NCBI GenBank assembly: GCA_021773835.1
Contig: JAJFJQ010000062.1
Location: forward strand, 207,322 to 271,321
Source: Gammaproteobacteria bacterium
GTDB lineage: Bacteria; Pseudomonadota; Gammaproteobacteria; Ga0077536
Direction of reading: 5' to 3'
DNA: 64,000 nt
Shown: piece after piece, positions 10,940-19,500 of the stretch
Position numbering within the stretch: the stretch's first letter is position 1
Layout of the letters: each line of letters starts with the position of its first letter
Translations under genes and position numbers: made by a program
Notes under the pieces: generated by a model
The model's database searches: none
The model's input: only the letters and a program-made list of their open reading frames with translations
What the model was told of the DNA's origin: nothing

Positions 10940-11737
10940 TTATTCATTATTCCAACGGGGTTCACGTTTTTCGATAAACGCGTCAACCCCTTCAATGCCG
11001 TCATCGGACAAAAGATTGCACACAAGATCATTTGACGCACTTCGGTATGCGGCATCGAGCGGTTGTTCCATCTGGCGTTGAAACGAGGCTTTGCCGAGGC
11101 GCAAGGCATACTGAGATTTGTGGCTGAGATCTTGCGCTAGCTTCTCGACCGACGCATCTAATTCTGAGTCGTCTACGGCATAATTAATCAGTCCGATCGC
11201 AGCGGCGCGATCGGCGTCGATGAACTCGCCGGTTAACAGCATCTCCAAAGCATGTTTCCGTGCAACCGTTCGCCCGACCGCCACTGCCGGTGTCGCGCAA
11301 AATAAGCCGTTGTTGATACCGTTGGTCGCAAATCGGGCAGAACGGCCGGCGATTGCGAGATCACAGCTGGCGACGAGTTGGCATCCCGCCGCCGTCGCGA
11401 GGCCTTGTACTTTAGCTATCACGGGCTGAGGTAGGGCCACGATGCCTTGCATCATTGAAGCGCAGTCGGCGAGTAAATCCTGGTAGTACGCCTGGCCACG
11501 ATTGGCGCGCATTTGCTTTAGATTGTGGCCACTACAAAACGCTTTACCTCGGGCCGCGATCACCACCACCCGCACCTTATTATCCGCGGCGATGTCGGCG
11601 AGCGTCTTCAACATGCACTCAAGGACCTCGGCCGAGAGCGTGTTGTATTTATCCGGATCATTGAGCATTAGTTCGCAAACGCCGGCCTGATCGGTGCGGA
11701 TCAGTGGCAATGGTAATTCTCGGTCAACAGCGGCCAT
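10940..11737 (-). CDS. Enoyl-CoA hydratase/isomerase (crotonase family)
   Basis: 265 aa with the crotonase fold and GKAFCSGHNL-type oxyanion-hole motifs. Likely co-transcribed with the ligase. Confidence 0.88.
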   Translation of the reverse strand: MAAVDRELPLPLIRTDQAGVCELMLNDPDKYNTLSAEVLECMLKTLADIAADNKVRVVVIAARGKAFCSGHNLKQMRANRGQAYYQDLLADCASMMQGIVALPQPVIAKVQGLATAAGCQLVASCDLAIAGRSARFATNGINNGLFCATPAVAVGRTVARKHALEMLLTGEFIDADRAAAIGLINYAVDDSELDASVEKLAQDLSHKSQYALRLGKASFQRQMEQPLDAAYRSASNDLVCNLLSDDGIEGVDAFIEKREPRWNNE

Positions 11738-11964
11738 CGGTGTACTCCGTTCGAGGCGAGGGTGGGACTATTTTCAGGGGCCTGGACCTAAGGTTCAAGT
11801 ACGCTGCGAGATTGCTGGCAAGGTCGTGGTTATGATGGTCGGCTGCCGAGCCCCACCCGTCGATTGCGATCGGTATCCCTATCGAGAGTCGATCGACGCT
11901 AGAATGACGCCAATTTTATCGCGATATTTGAGTCGCAGTTATTAACGCCGGTAGGAGTAGTTTC

Positions 11965-13257
11965 ATGCATTTCGAGTACAACGAGAAAACCCAGCAGCTC
12001 ATCGCACAGGTGCGTGAGTTCATGATCGAGCACCTCTATCCGAACGAGGCGGAAATGCTCGCGCAGATAGATGCAGGTGATCGCTGGGCCCCGTATCCGC
12101 TTCTGGAAGAACTCAAAGCGAAGGCCAAAGCAGCCGGGCTCTGGAATTTATTCCTACCCGAAAGCGACCGCGGTGCCGGGCTCACAAACCTTGAATATGC
12201 ACCGTTGTGCGAAGAAATGGGACGGTCCTTACTCGCGCCCGAAGTCTTTAATTGTTCCGCTCCCGATACGGGCAATATGGAAGTGCTAGCCCGCTATGGG
12301 ACCGAGGAGCATAAGAAGAAGTGGTTGACTCCACTACTCGCCGGCGAAATTCGCTCGGCCTTCGCGATGACCGAGATCGAGGTCGCCTCATCGGACGCCA
12401 CCAATATCGAGACGCGAATCGAGCGCAATGGCGACGATTACGTTATCAACGGTCGTAAGTGGTGGACCTCAGGCGCGCTCGATCCGCGTTGCAAGATATT
12501 AATCTTGATGGGTAAGACTGATCCTGATAATCCAAACCGATACGAACAACAATCGATGGTACTGGTGCCGATGGATACCGCCGGTATCAAAATCAAGCGC
12601 ATGCTGCCGGTATTCGGCTTCGACGACGCGCCGCATGGTCATGCAGAAGTCCACTTCGATAATGTCCGCGTTCCGGTGCCAAATATTCTGCTCGGCGAAG
12701 GTCGTGGTTTCGAAATCGCCCAGGGTCGGCTGGGGCCCGGCCGGATCCATCATTGCATGCGTTTAATTGGCGCCACGGAGCGTGCCCTCGAGCGGATGTG
12801 TCGACGCACCAAGGCACGGGTCGCCTTCGGCAAGCCGGTGGCTGAGCAAACCGTGACGCAAGAGCGCATTGCGGAATCTCGCATCATGATCGAGCAAGCG
12901 CGTCTGCTTACTTTAAAGGCGGCTTATATGATGGATACGGTCGGCAACAAAGTTGCGCGAAAAGAAATCGCGATGATTAAAGTCGTGGTGCCGAACATGG
13001 CCTGCCAAATCATCGACTGGGCGATCCAGGCATTCGGTGCGGCCGGGGTAACGACCGATTACGGCTTACCCCACGCCTACGCCAATGCACGTTTGATCCG
13101 GATCGCCGATGGCCCTGACGAAGTCCACCGCAATCAGCTTGCACGACTAGAACTCAGAGAGTACGACGACACGCCAAGCAAACGCGGCGGTAATGCGTTT
13201 GTGCCGCCGCTAGACGAAAGCGGTGGATTCATCGAAAAACCGTTGTTGGTTGTCTAA
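11965..13257 (+). CDS. Acyl-CoA dehydrogenase
   Basis: 430 aa with acyl-CoA dehydrogenase N, middle and C-terminal domain features (WWTSGA, catalytic region near the C-terminus). Divergent from the ligase and hydratase pair. Confidence 0.88.
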   Translation: MHFEYNEKTQQLIAQVREFMIEHLYPNEAEMLAQIDAGDRWAPYPLLEELKAKAKAAGLWNLFLPESDRGAGLTNLEYAPLCEEMGRSLLAPEVFNCSAPDTGNMEVLARYGTEEHKKKWLTPLLAGEIRSAFAMTEIEVASSDATNIETRIERNGDDYVINGRKWWTSGALDPRCKILILMGKTDPDNPNRYEQQSMVLVPMDTAGIKIKRMLPVFGFDDAPHGHAEVHFDNVRVPVPNILLGEGRGFEIAQGRLGPGRIHHCMRLIGATERALERMCRRTKARVAFGKPVAEQTVTQERIAESRIMIEQARLLTLKAAYMMDTVGNKVARKEIAMIKVVVPNMACQIIDWAIQAFGAAGVTTDYGLPHAYANARLIRIADGPDEVHRNQLARLELREYDDTPSKRGGNAFVPPLDESGGFIEKPLLVV

Positions 13258-13271
13258 CTGAGGAGCTATCC

Positions 13272-14036
13272 ATGCGCGGACTCGACGGAAAATCAGCAAT
13301 CGTCACCGGTGGTGGTCGTGGTATCGGTGCCGCGATCGCGAAACGATTTGGCGCGGAGGGTGTACGCGTCGCCATCTATGATATCGATGGCGACACAGCT
13401 GCCGCTACCGCGCGGGAAATTGAAGGCGCGGGCGGACAAGCGCAAGCGACACAGGTAGATTTAACCGACTACAGCGCGGTCACGGAGGCTATTGCCGGCA
13501 CGCACGCCGCGCAAGGCTTGGACATTGTCGTTAATAACGCGGGTTGGGATCAGTTCATTCCGTTTGTGGATACGACGCCGGAATTTTGGGATAAGGTCAT
13601 CGATATCAACTATCGGGCGCCTTTGAATATGCTGCACACGACGCTGCCGTTGCTCATTTCTAACGGTGGCGGTCGGGTGGTGAACATTGCGTCCGACGCA
13701 GGTCGCGGTGGCTCCTCTGGCGAAGCGGTCTATTCGGGCTGTAAGGCTGGTTTGATGGCCTTGGCGAAGTCGCTCGCGCGCGAACACTCGCGCCACAACA
13801 TCACATTCAATGTCGTGTGTCCGGGTCCAACCGAGACGCCGCTGTTCAGCGGTTTCATGGTGGAAGTGAGTAACCCGGATAAGTTGCGTGAGGCGTTCCG
13901 CCGCTCCGTGCCGATGGGGCGGCTCGGCGAAGCCGATGACTTGCCCGGTGCGGTGGCGTTTTTTGCGAGCGACGACGCGGCGTATATCACCGGCCAGGTG
14001 ATCAGCGTTTCTGGTGGACTGACAATGATCGGCTAG
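13272..14036 (+). CDS. Short-chain dehydrogenase/reductase (3-oxoacyl reductase-like)
   Basis: TGGGRGIGAAIA Rossmann motif and YSGCKAG catalytic Tyr-x3-Lys. Confidence 0.9.
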   Translation: MRGLDGKSAIVTGGGRGIGAAIAKRFGAEGVRVAIYDIDGDTAAATAREIEGAGGQAQATQVDLTDYSAVTEAIAGTHAAQGLDIVVNNAGWDQFIPFVDTTPEFWDKVIDINYRAPLNMLHTTLPLLISNGGGRVVNIASDAGRGGSSGEAVYSGCKAGLMALAKSLAREHSRHNITFNVVCPGPTETPLFSGFMVEVSNPDKLREAFRRSVPMGRLGEADDLPGAVAFFASDDAAYITGQVISVSGGLTMIG

Positions 14037-14059
14037 GCCAAAAAGCGGCCGTGGGTCGA

Positions 14060-15175
14060 TCAGCTTGTCGAAATGGAATCCCGCCACGTGATGTTCAAAT
14101 CTTTAAGTGAATCGAGGTACTCATCGAGTGTAATTAAGTCCACGCAGGCGGTTGCTCCGGTTTCTTCGAGTTTTCCATGGACCAATTTTCGGGCAAGCAA
14201 GATCGCGGGCATGCACGGAATATAGGGGCCATCGCCCTGCGTGGCCGTCAAGTTGAAGGTTACTTCAAGGCCCGCCCCGTTCGCGTCAACACCGGCCAGC
14301 GCCATATGCAGGGCACTTTTGTCGCTGCTAAAGCGATCGAATAGCTTGGATGCTCGGAGTAAGAGCGGTGCCGCGCGCTCAAGCCCCCGGACCAGGCCGA
14401 ACCGCACTAAACAGGATATGAGCCAAAGCGACACGTGCAGCGCGGGTAGCTCCAATCCGGCTCGAAACCGGATGGTCTTTAAGGTTGGATATCGTGTTGG
14501 GAAAATGTCGAGGTCGGGAACTTCGCAGTTCCCAAGCAAGCGTCGTCCGAGACCAGGGTAGTCCCGGCAATACAGATCCTGCCATCCGTAGACGCGCTGC
14601 ATATTGCCGTCGATCAAGGTTTGAAACGGGCGGCCAACGTAAGACAAGATTCCAGCCGTCGCCGCCAGCCCGCCGGACGTTTCTTGCGCTGTGGTGATGC
14701 CGTAGTCCAGTGTTTCGATTCTGTCGAAGGTCTGCTGGTAATGGTCGACCAAGGCCGCGGTAAGGCAGGGCACGGAACTCGCGCCACTGACAACCAACAC
14801 CCGCTTGTTTTGGGCGAGTTCGTCGAGAGCGCCGATACCGAACACAAAACTTCGCCCGTCGGCTAGATCGATGTAGTGGCTGCCGGCATTAATACAGGCC
14901 CGTGCTACCGCGTAGTCCTGCTCCTGAAACGGACCCGAGGTATGGATTGTGACCTCCGGGTCAATTGCCGCCAAAGAAGCATTCAGATCTTGTGTGATAT
15001 CAAGAGCAACCGACTCCGGTTTATTCGCCGCCTCCAACGCCGCGCACAATGCATTTGCTTTCTTGATCGAACGACCGGCAACGATCAACTGGATATTTGT
15101 GTCGAGCGCCAAGGATCGCGTGATGATCTCGCCGAAGTGCCCATATCCACCGATGATTAATACGCGGGTTGTCAC
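14060..15175 (-). CDS. Saccharopine-dehydrogenase-like NAD(P)-binding oxidoreductase
   Basis: The Rossmann motif RVLIIGGYGHFG occurs at the likely true start. I favour a GTG start whose GTGA overlaps the upstream gene's stop. The tracked ORF extends to 15391 and would overlap the upstream gene by ~220 nt. Confidence 0.6.
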   Translation of the reverse strand: MTTRVLIIGGYGHFGEIITRSLALDTNIQLIVAGRSIKKANALCAALEAANKPESVALDITQDLNASLAAIDPEVTIHTSGPFQEQDYAVARACINAGSHYIDLADGRSFVFGIGALDELAQNKRVLVVSGASSVPCLTAALVDHYQQTFDRIETLDYGITTAQETSGGLAATAGILSYVGRPFQTLIDGNMQRVYGWQDLYCRDYPGLGRRLLGNCEVPDLDIFPTRYPTLKTIRFRAGLELPALHVSLWLISCLVRFGLVRGLERAAPLLLRASKLFDRFSSDKSALHMALAGVDANGAGLEVTFNLTATQGDGPYIPCMPAILLARKLVHGKLEETGATACVDLITLDEYLDSLKDLNITWRDSISTS

Positions 15176-15807
15176 GCTGTTTTCGTGATCCGGAATTGCC
15201 CCTTGTATTGATAGAGCTTTCCCCACCAGGGGTGTGAAATATCGACACGCATCGCAAAGGAGTCGTCGTCCAAGGGGATTTCTTCTGCATAGCCCTGACC
15301 CAAAAGTGCGGTCAGCGGAAGCGGAATCGTTACGCCAATAAGTTGAATCCCGTAGCCACGGTGTCGCAAAATCACCTTGCCGTCTTGCCATTCATAGTAG
15401 AGCCGCCACACGATACCAAAGCGCATGATCTCGATGACCTCATTGCCGCGAACTTGCAGCATCTTAGAACGAAACCGCCACGGTGTTTTCCCCGCGAAGT
15501 GGAATGTCCGATCGAAATGAAACGCTTCGCTGTCGGCAGTACTTCTGAAATTGACAGTCACTGGAACGTCGCGGCCGCTGTACGGCGGGATACCGCCGAG
15601 CACATGCAATAGCGGGCTCAGCAACCGAAAGATGCGACCGCAGGTAACGTCAAGTGTCCCTTCCACGGCTACAAGATCATTGGAGTACGGGCGATTGGCG
15701 TAGTGTTTACGGATGGCCGTCGGCAGCGTTGGCCAATCGCCGCCAAAAATGGGCTGAAAAATCGGCTGCCGTTCTAACGCATTCGCATCTTCTGCAGAGG
15801 CATTCAT
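15172..15807 (-). CDS. Hypothetical protein, possibly the DUF4166-type partner of saccharopine-dehydrogenase-like enzymes
   Basis: 211 aa ORF translationally coupled (GTGA) to the downstream oxidoreductase. The family assignment is from memory and is low. Confidence 0.5.
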   Translation of the reverse strand: MNASAEDANALERQPIFQPIFGGDWPTLPTAIRKHYANRPYSNDLVAVEGTLDVTCGRIFRLLSPLLHVLGGIPPYSGRDVPVTVNFRSTADSEAFHFDRTFHFAGKTPWRFRSKMLQVRGNEVIEIMRFGIVWRLYYEWQDGKVILRHRGYGIQLIGVTIPLPLTALLGQGYAEEIPLDDDSFAMRVDISHPWWGKLYQYKGQFRITKTA

Positions 15808-16271
15808 AGGGGCCGGTAGACCATCAAGAAGAATATCAAAACGAGACTAATAAATGCGGGCCAGCCGAGCGTAAACCATACTTTAAACAGTGTCTGATAC
15901 TGCGGGTGCAAACTGGCGCCCGTGGCACGGCTCTCACGCAACATAGTTCTAAGTTGGATCTGTATCCACACCACCGGCAGCCAGCACAGGCCGGCTACGA
16001 CATAGAGAATCACGGTCCACTGCAGCCACGTGTCAGTCCAATGGTATCCGCTTTGCCAAACGAGCCACGCGCCAGTCAATGGTTGCAGCACAACGGCCGG
16101 CGCGGTGAATAAATAGTCGGCTAGCACCGTATTCTCGACGGCGTAAATTTTATCATCGAGATTATCGGAAAAGTGCGAGCGCAACATGAAAAAAGCAATA
16201 CCAAGGCCGGTACCGAACAATACGGTGGAACTAATAATATGGACGACTTTGACGGTTGAATACCATTCCAT
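15804..16271 (-). CDS. DUF2269-like integral membrane protein
   Basis: Hydrophobic four-helix-like profile. An internal Met start (MEWYSTVKVVHIISS) is preferred. There is an ATGA overlap with the next gene. Confidence 0.5.
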   Translation of the reverse strand: MEWYSTVKVVHIISSTVLFGTGLGIAFFMLRSHFSDNLDDKIYAVENTVLADYLFTAPAVVLQPLTGAWLVWQSGYHWTDTWLQWTVILYVVAGLCWLPVVWIQIQLRTMLRESRATGASLHPQYQTLFKVWFTLGWPAFISLVLIFFLMVYRPL

Positions 16272-16608
16272 AATTAAGCTGTTCCGGTTAAGAGCCTGCC
16301 ATTCTAAGTAATTATCCACGTTTAGGGATTCTAGATTTGAAGGTAGCGCCAAGGTGTTGATCCAGTGCCCGAAATGCGAACCCGAATATGCCTATGAATA
16401 ATGAATGGTGCACCGCGCCTTGAAGGTCTCCGAATGTTTCTTATACTCAATAAGAAGACAAATAATAATGCGCTGGAAGTGATTCGATCATCCTGAGGTT
16501 TGTGTCCTGAGTGGAACGACTCGCGATACACGCAAAAGCGCTAAACCAGAGCCCTGGGATCAGTGCCGAACCTTCCCCCGCGAATCTCATTCGAGGGAGG
16601 CCGTTTTT

Positions 16609-18657
16609 ATGCCCAACTACACCACTCAAGATATTCGCAACGTCGCATTGGTCGGCGGAGCCAATACGGGAAAAACGATGCTGGTGGACGCGTTGTTCGC
16701 GGCCGCCGGCGCCATCAAAATTAAGGGGCAGATCGAGCGGGGCACGACTATCTGCGACTACACGCCGCAGGAAAAAAGCGTGCGTCATTCCCTTGATTGC
16801 TCGGTCGCCAGCCTCGATTACGATGGAAAGCATCTGAACCTCATCGATACCCCGGGGGCCGCAGACTTTATCGGCCGATCCATTTCCGTCTTACCCGCGG
16901 CCGAGACCGTCGCGGTGGTGATCGACGCACGCGCTGGGCCCGATTTGGTGGCCAAGCGAATGATGGATTGGGCACGCGACCGTGGATTGGATCGCATTGT
17001 TATCGTAAACCATATTGATGCTGCGCCCGATGGACTTGAGGCGTGCCTGAATCAAATTCAAGAGAGTTTCGGGCCGGAGTGTCTCCCAATCAATCTACCT
17101 GCGCAGCAGGCGACTGAGGTGGTCGACTGCTTTTTTAAACCAAATGGCGCCGCTACTGATTTTTCGAGTGTCGCCGACGCCCATTCCCGGCTCGTCGATC
17201 AGGTCGTAGAGGTCGATGACGAACTAATGGAACTCTACCTCGAGCAGGGGGAGGAATTGGGCCCGGAGCAATTGCATGACCCATTTGAGAAAGCACTGCG
17301 GGAGAATCATCTAGTACCAGTGTGTTTTACGTCGGCCGAAAGCGACGCCGGTATCAATCAGTTGCTGGAAATAATCTGCCGACTGATGCCCAATCCAAAC
17401 GAAGGTAATCCACCAGATTTTTTTCGTGGCGACGGTGACATCGGGGACCCCATCCATTTCACGCCGGATCCGAACGCCCATATCCTTGCTCACACCTTTA
17501 AGGTAAATATCGATCCCTTTGTAGGCCGGTTGAGTATTTTCCGAATTCACCAAGGCACGGTATCCAAGGACAAACAACTTGTCGTCGGTGATGGGCGCCG
17601 CGCGTTTCGTGTTAGCCATTTATTCAAGCTTACCGGCGGTGAGACCAGCGAAATAGATGCGGGGATCCCGGGCGATATCTGCGCCATCGCCAAGGTAGAC
17701 GACATCGAAATTGATTCGGTGTTGCATGACTCGCATGACGAAGACGAAATCCATTTGCGCTCAATTAACCTGCCGGTCCCAATGCAGAGCGTCGCGGTTA
17801 AGGCGAAAAGCCGCGGCCAAGAGCAGAAACTATCCGACGCCCTGCACAAGATCCAAGCCGAGGACCCGAGCATTAACATCGAGCACGATCATGCGCAAAA
17901 TCAAACCATCGTCCACGCGCTCGGCGAGCTGCATTTGCGCGTGGTTCTCGAAGCACTAAAGGAACGTTTCAATGTTGACATTGAGACCAGCCCGCCGCGC
18001 ATTGCTTATCGTGAAACGATCACAACGCCGGCCGAAGGACATTATCGCCACAAGAAGCAAACCGGCGGTGCCGGCCAGTTTGGCGAGGTTTCCCTGCGCG
18101 TTAAACCGATGCGCCGCGGGACTGGTTTTCGTTTCAATAACGAGGTGGTCGGGGGCGCTATTCCGCGCCAATTCATACCGGCAGTTGAGAAAGGCGTGCG
18201 TCAAGCGATGAGCCAAGGTGTTATCGCTGGATATCCGATAGAGGATGTGGAAGTGACGGTCTATGACGGTAAACATCACCCGGTGGATTCGAAAGAGGTC
18301 GCCTTCGTCGCCGCCGGCAAGCGCGCATTCATGGCGGCGATTGAACAAGCGGAGCCTGCTATCCTTGAACCCATTATCGACTTGCATATCAGTTTGCCGT
18401 CGGCGAATGTCGGCGATATCACCGGCAATTTAGCGTCGCGTCGCGGTCGCATCAACGAGACGACCGCCCTGGAGGACGGTCGCAGTAGCGTCAGTGCACA
18501 GCTACCATTGGCAGAGCTCGAAGGTTACCAATCCCATTTACACGCTATGACCTCAGGCGCCGGCAGCTTTACCGTCGATTTCAATCGTTATGATGTGGTC
18601 CCTGCGCGGATGCAGAAAGAACTAGCGGCTGAGTTTAAAGAGGCGCTCAAGCATTGA
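16609..18657 (+). CDS. Elongation factor G-family GTPase paralog with divergent catalytic motifs
   Basis: 682 aa. The P-loop GGANTGKT is intact. Switch II reads DTPGAADF and G4 reads NHID. EF-G domain II to V-like features continue to the C-terminus. Confidence 0.85.
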   Translation: MPNYTTQDIRNVALVGGANTGKTMLVDALFAAAGAIKIKGQIERGTTICDYTPQEKSVRHSLDCSVASLDYDGKHLNLIDTPGAADFIGRSISVLPAAETVAVVIDARAGPDLVAKRMMDWARDRGLDRIVIVNHIDAAPDGLEACLNQIQESFGPECLPINLPAQQATEVVDCFFKPNGAATDFSSVADAHSRLVDQVVEVDDELMELYLEQGEELGPEQLHDPFEKALRENHLVPVCFTSAESDAGINQLLEIICRLMPNPNEGNPPDFFRGDGDIGDPIHFTPDPNAHILAHTFKVNIDPFVGRLSIFRIHQGTVSKDKQLVVGDGRRAFRVSHLFKLTGGETSEIDAGIPGDICAIAKVDDIEIDSVLHDSHDEDEIHLRSINLPVPMQSVAVKAKSRGQEQKLSDALHKIQAEDPSINIEHDHAQNQTIVHALGELHLRVVLEALKERFNVDIETSPPRIAYRETITTPAEGHYRHKKQTGGAGQFGEVSLRVKPMRRGTGFRFNNEVVGGAIPRQFIPAVEKGVRQAMSQGVIAGYPIEDVEVTVYDGKHHPVDSKEVAFVAAGKRAFMAAIEQAEPAILEPIIDLHISLPSANVGDITGNLASRRGRINETTALEDGRSSVSAQLPLAELEGYQSHLHAMTSGAGSFTVDFNRYDVVPARMQKELAAEFKEALKH

Positions 18658-18687
18658 TCTAATTGGCGTCTGTTTCTAACGGCAATC

Positions 18688-19224
18688 TCAACCAGATCGG
18701 GCCGCCGTACCCTTTACGATTTCCATCGTGTTGCCGGCACTACTGGTCTCTGCGGCGGTTTCGATCGCGCCCGCGTGTAGTACCGGTGCCGCGTCGATAT
18801 CCTCAGCGCCCATCAGCGACGCCAGCCGTTGTAAGGCAGCCAACACGAACGATTGCTCCCAAGCTTCGAGCGCGCTGAAGCGACGGTCGAGCAAGTCCTG
18901 CAAGGTTTTCGGTGCATCGCGAATGAGTTTTCTGCCGGCGGCCGTTGGCGAAACAATAACGCGACGTTTGTCTTCTTCGCCGCGATGTTTGTCGACCAAC
19001 CCTTTGCGCTCGAGGCCGTTAACGATCGAGGTTGTTGTGGCTTGGGTCAAATTGATTTCCCTCGCGACTTCACTGACCGTAAGCGAGGTGGCGTCACTGA
19101 TCGCCTGCATCACCAGCAGTTGGGGTGTCGTCAAACCCGTGTCTTTCGCCAATCGTTTCGCACCCATATCGGTCGCCTTATGGATCTGGCGCAGCGCGAT
19201 GAGTAACTCCTGATAATTGTCCAT
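18688..19224 (-). CDS. MarR-family transcriptional regulator
   Basis: Winged-helix region LTQATTTSIVNGLERKGLVDKHRGEEDKRRVIV. Start chosen at MDNYQELL. Confidence 0.8.
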   Translation of the reverse strand: MDNYQELLIALRQIHKATDMGAKRLAKDTGLTTPQLLVMQAISDATSLTVSEVAREINLTQATTTSIVNGLERKGLVDKHRGEEDKRRVIVSPTAAGRKLIRDAPKTLQDLLDRRFSALEAWEQSFVLAALQRLASLMGAEDIDAAPVLHAGAIETAAETSSAGNTMEIVKGTAARSG

Positions 19225-19395
19225 TGTTCTCGCCCGGTGACGACAGCCCAGCATACTACCGGATACTAGGGATCAAATGCAGTGCTGATTTTATTTTGAA
19301 AATCTATGTATATTCATTCGGAAAATTATCGATTTAGTTCATCCTAATTGGCTTAAAAGCGATATTTCGCATCTTTCCGTGCAGTTTTCATTTCG

Positions 19396-19439
19396 AATCC
19401 GAATGTAATATACTTTCGGATTGAAAGTATTATTTCAAT
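19396..19439. promoter_or_regulatory. Two adjacent palindromes (AATCCGAA-N11-TTCGGATT at 19396-19422, and TTGAAA-N6-TTTCAA at 19421-19438) in the MarR / asnB-like divergent intergenic region. Candidate MarR operator.
   Basis: Both are perfect inverted repeats read directly from the sequence. Confidence 0.45.
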
Positions 19440-19500
19440 GGATCCGATCCGGCTCGAATCGATCGGCATCCGCAATTCAACGACTAAAAGGAATTCAACT

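Noticed and set aside
13461-14087. 208-aa antisense ORF across the SDR gene, and similar antisense ORFs (12499-12817, 17311-17879)
   Set aside because: They are embedded opposite well-supported conserved genes. This is typical high-GC antisense ORF noise.
14060-15391. Long 443-aa form of the saccharopine-dehydrogenase-like gene
   Set aside because: The first 72 codons overlap the upstream gene by ~220 nt and lack similarity. The Rossmann motif sits exactly at an internal GTG that overlaps the upstream TGA (GTGA).
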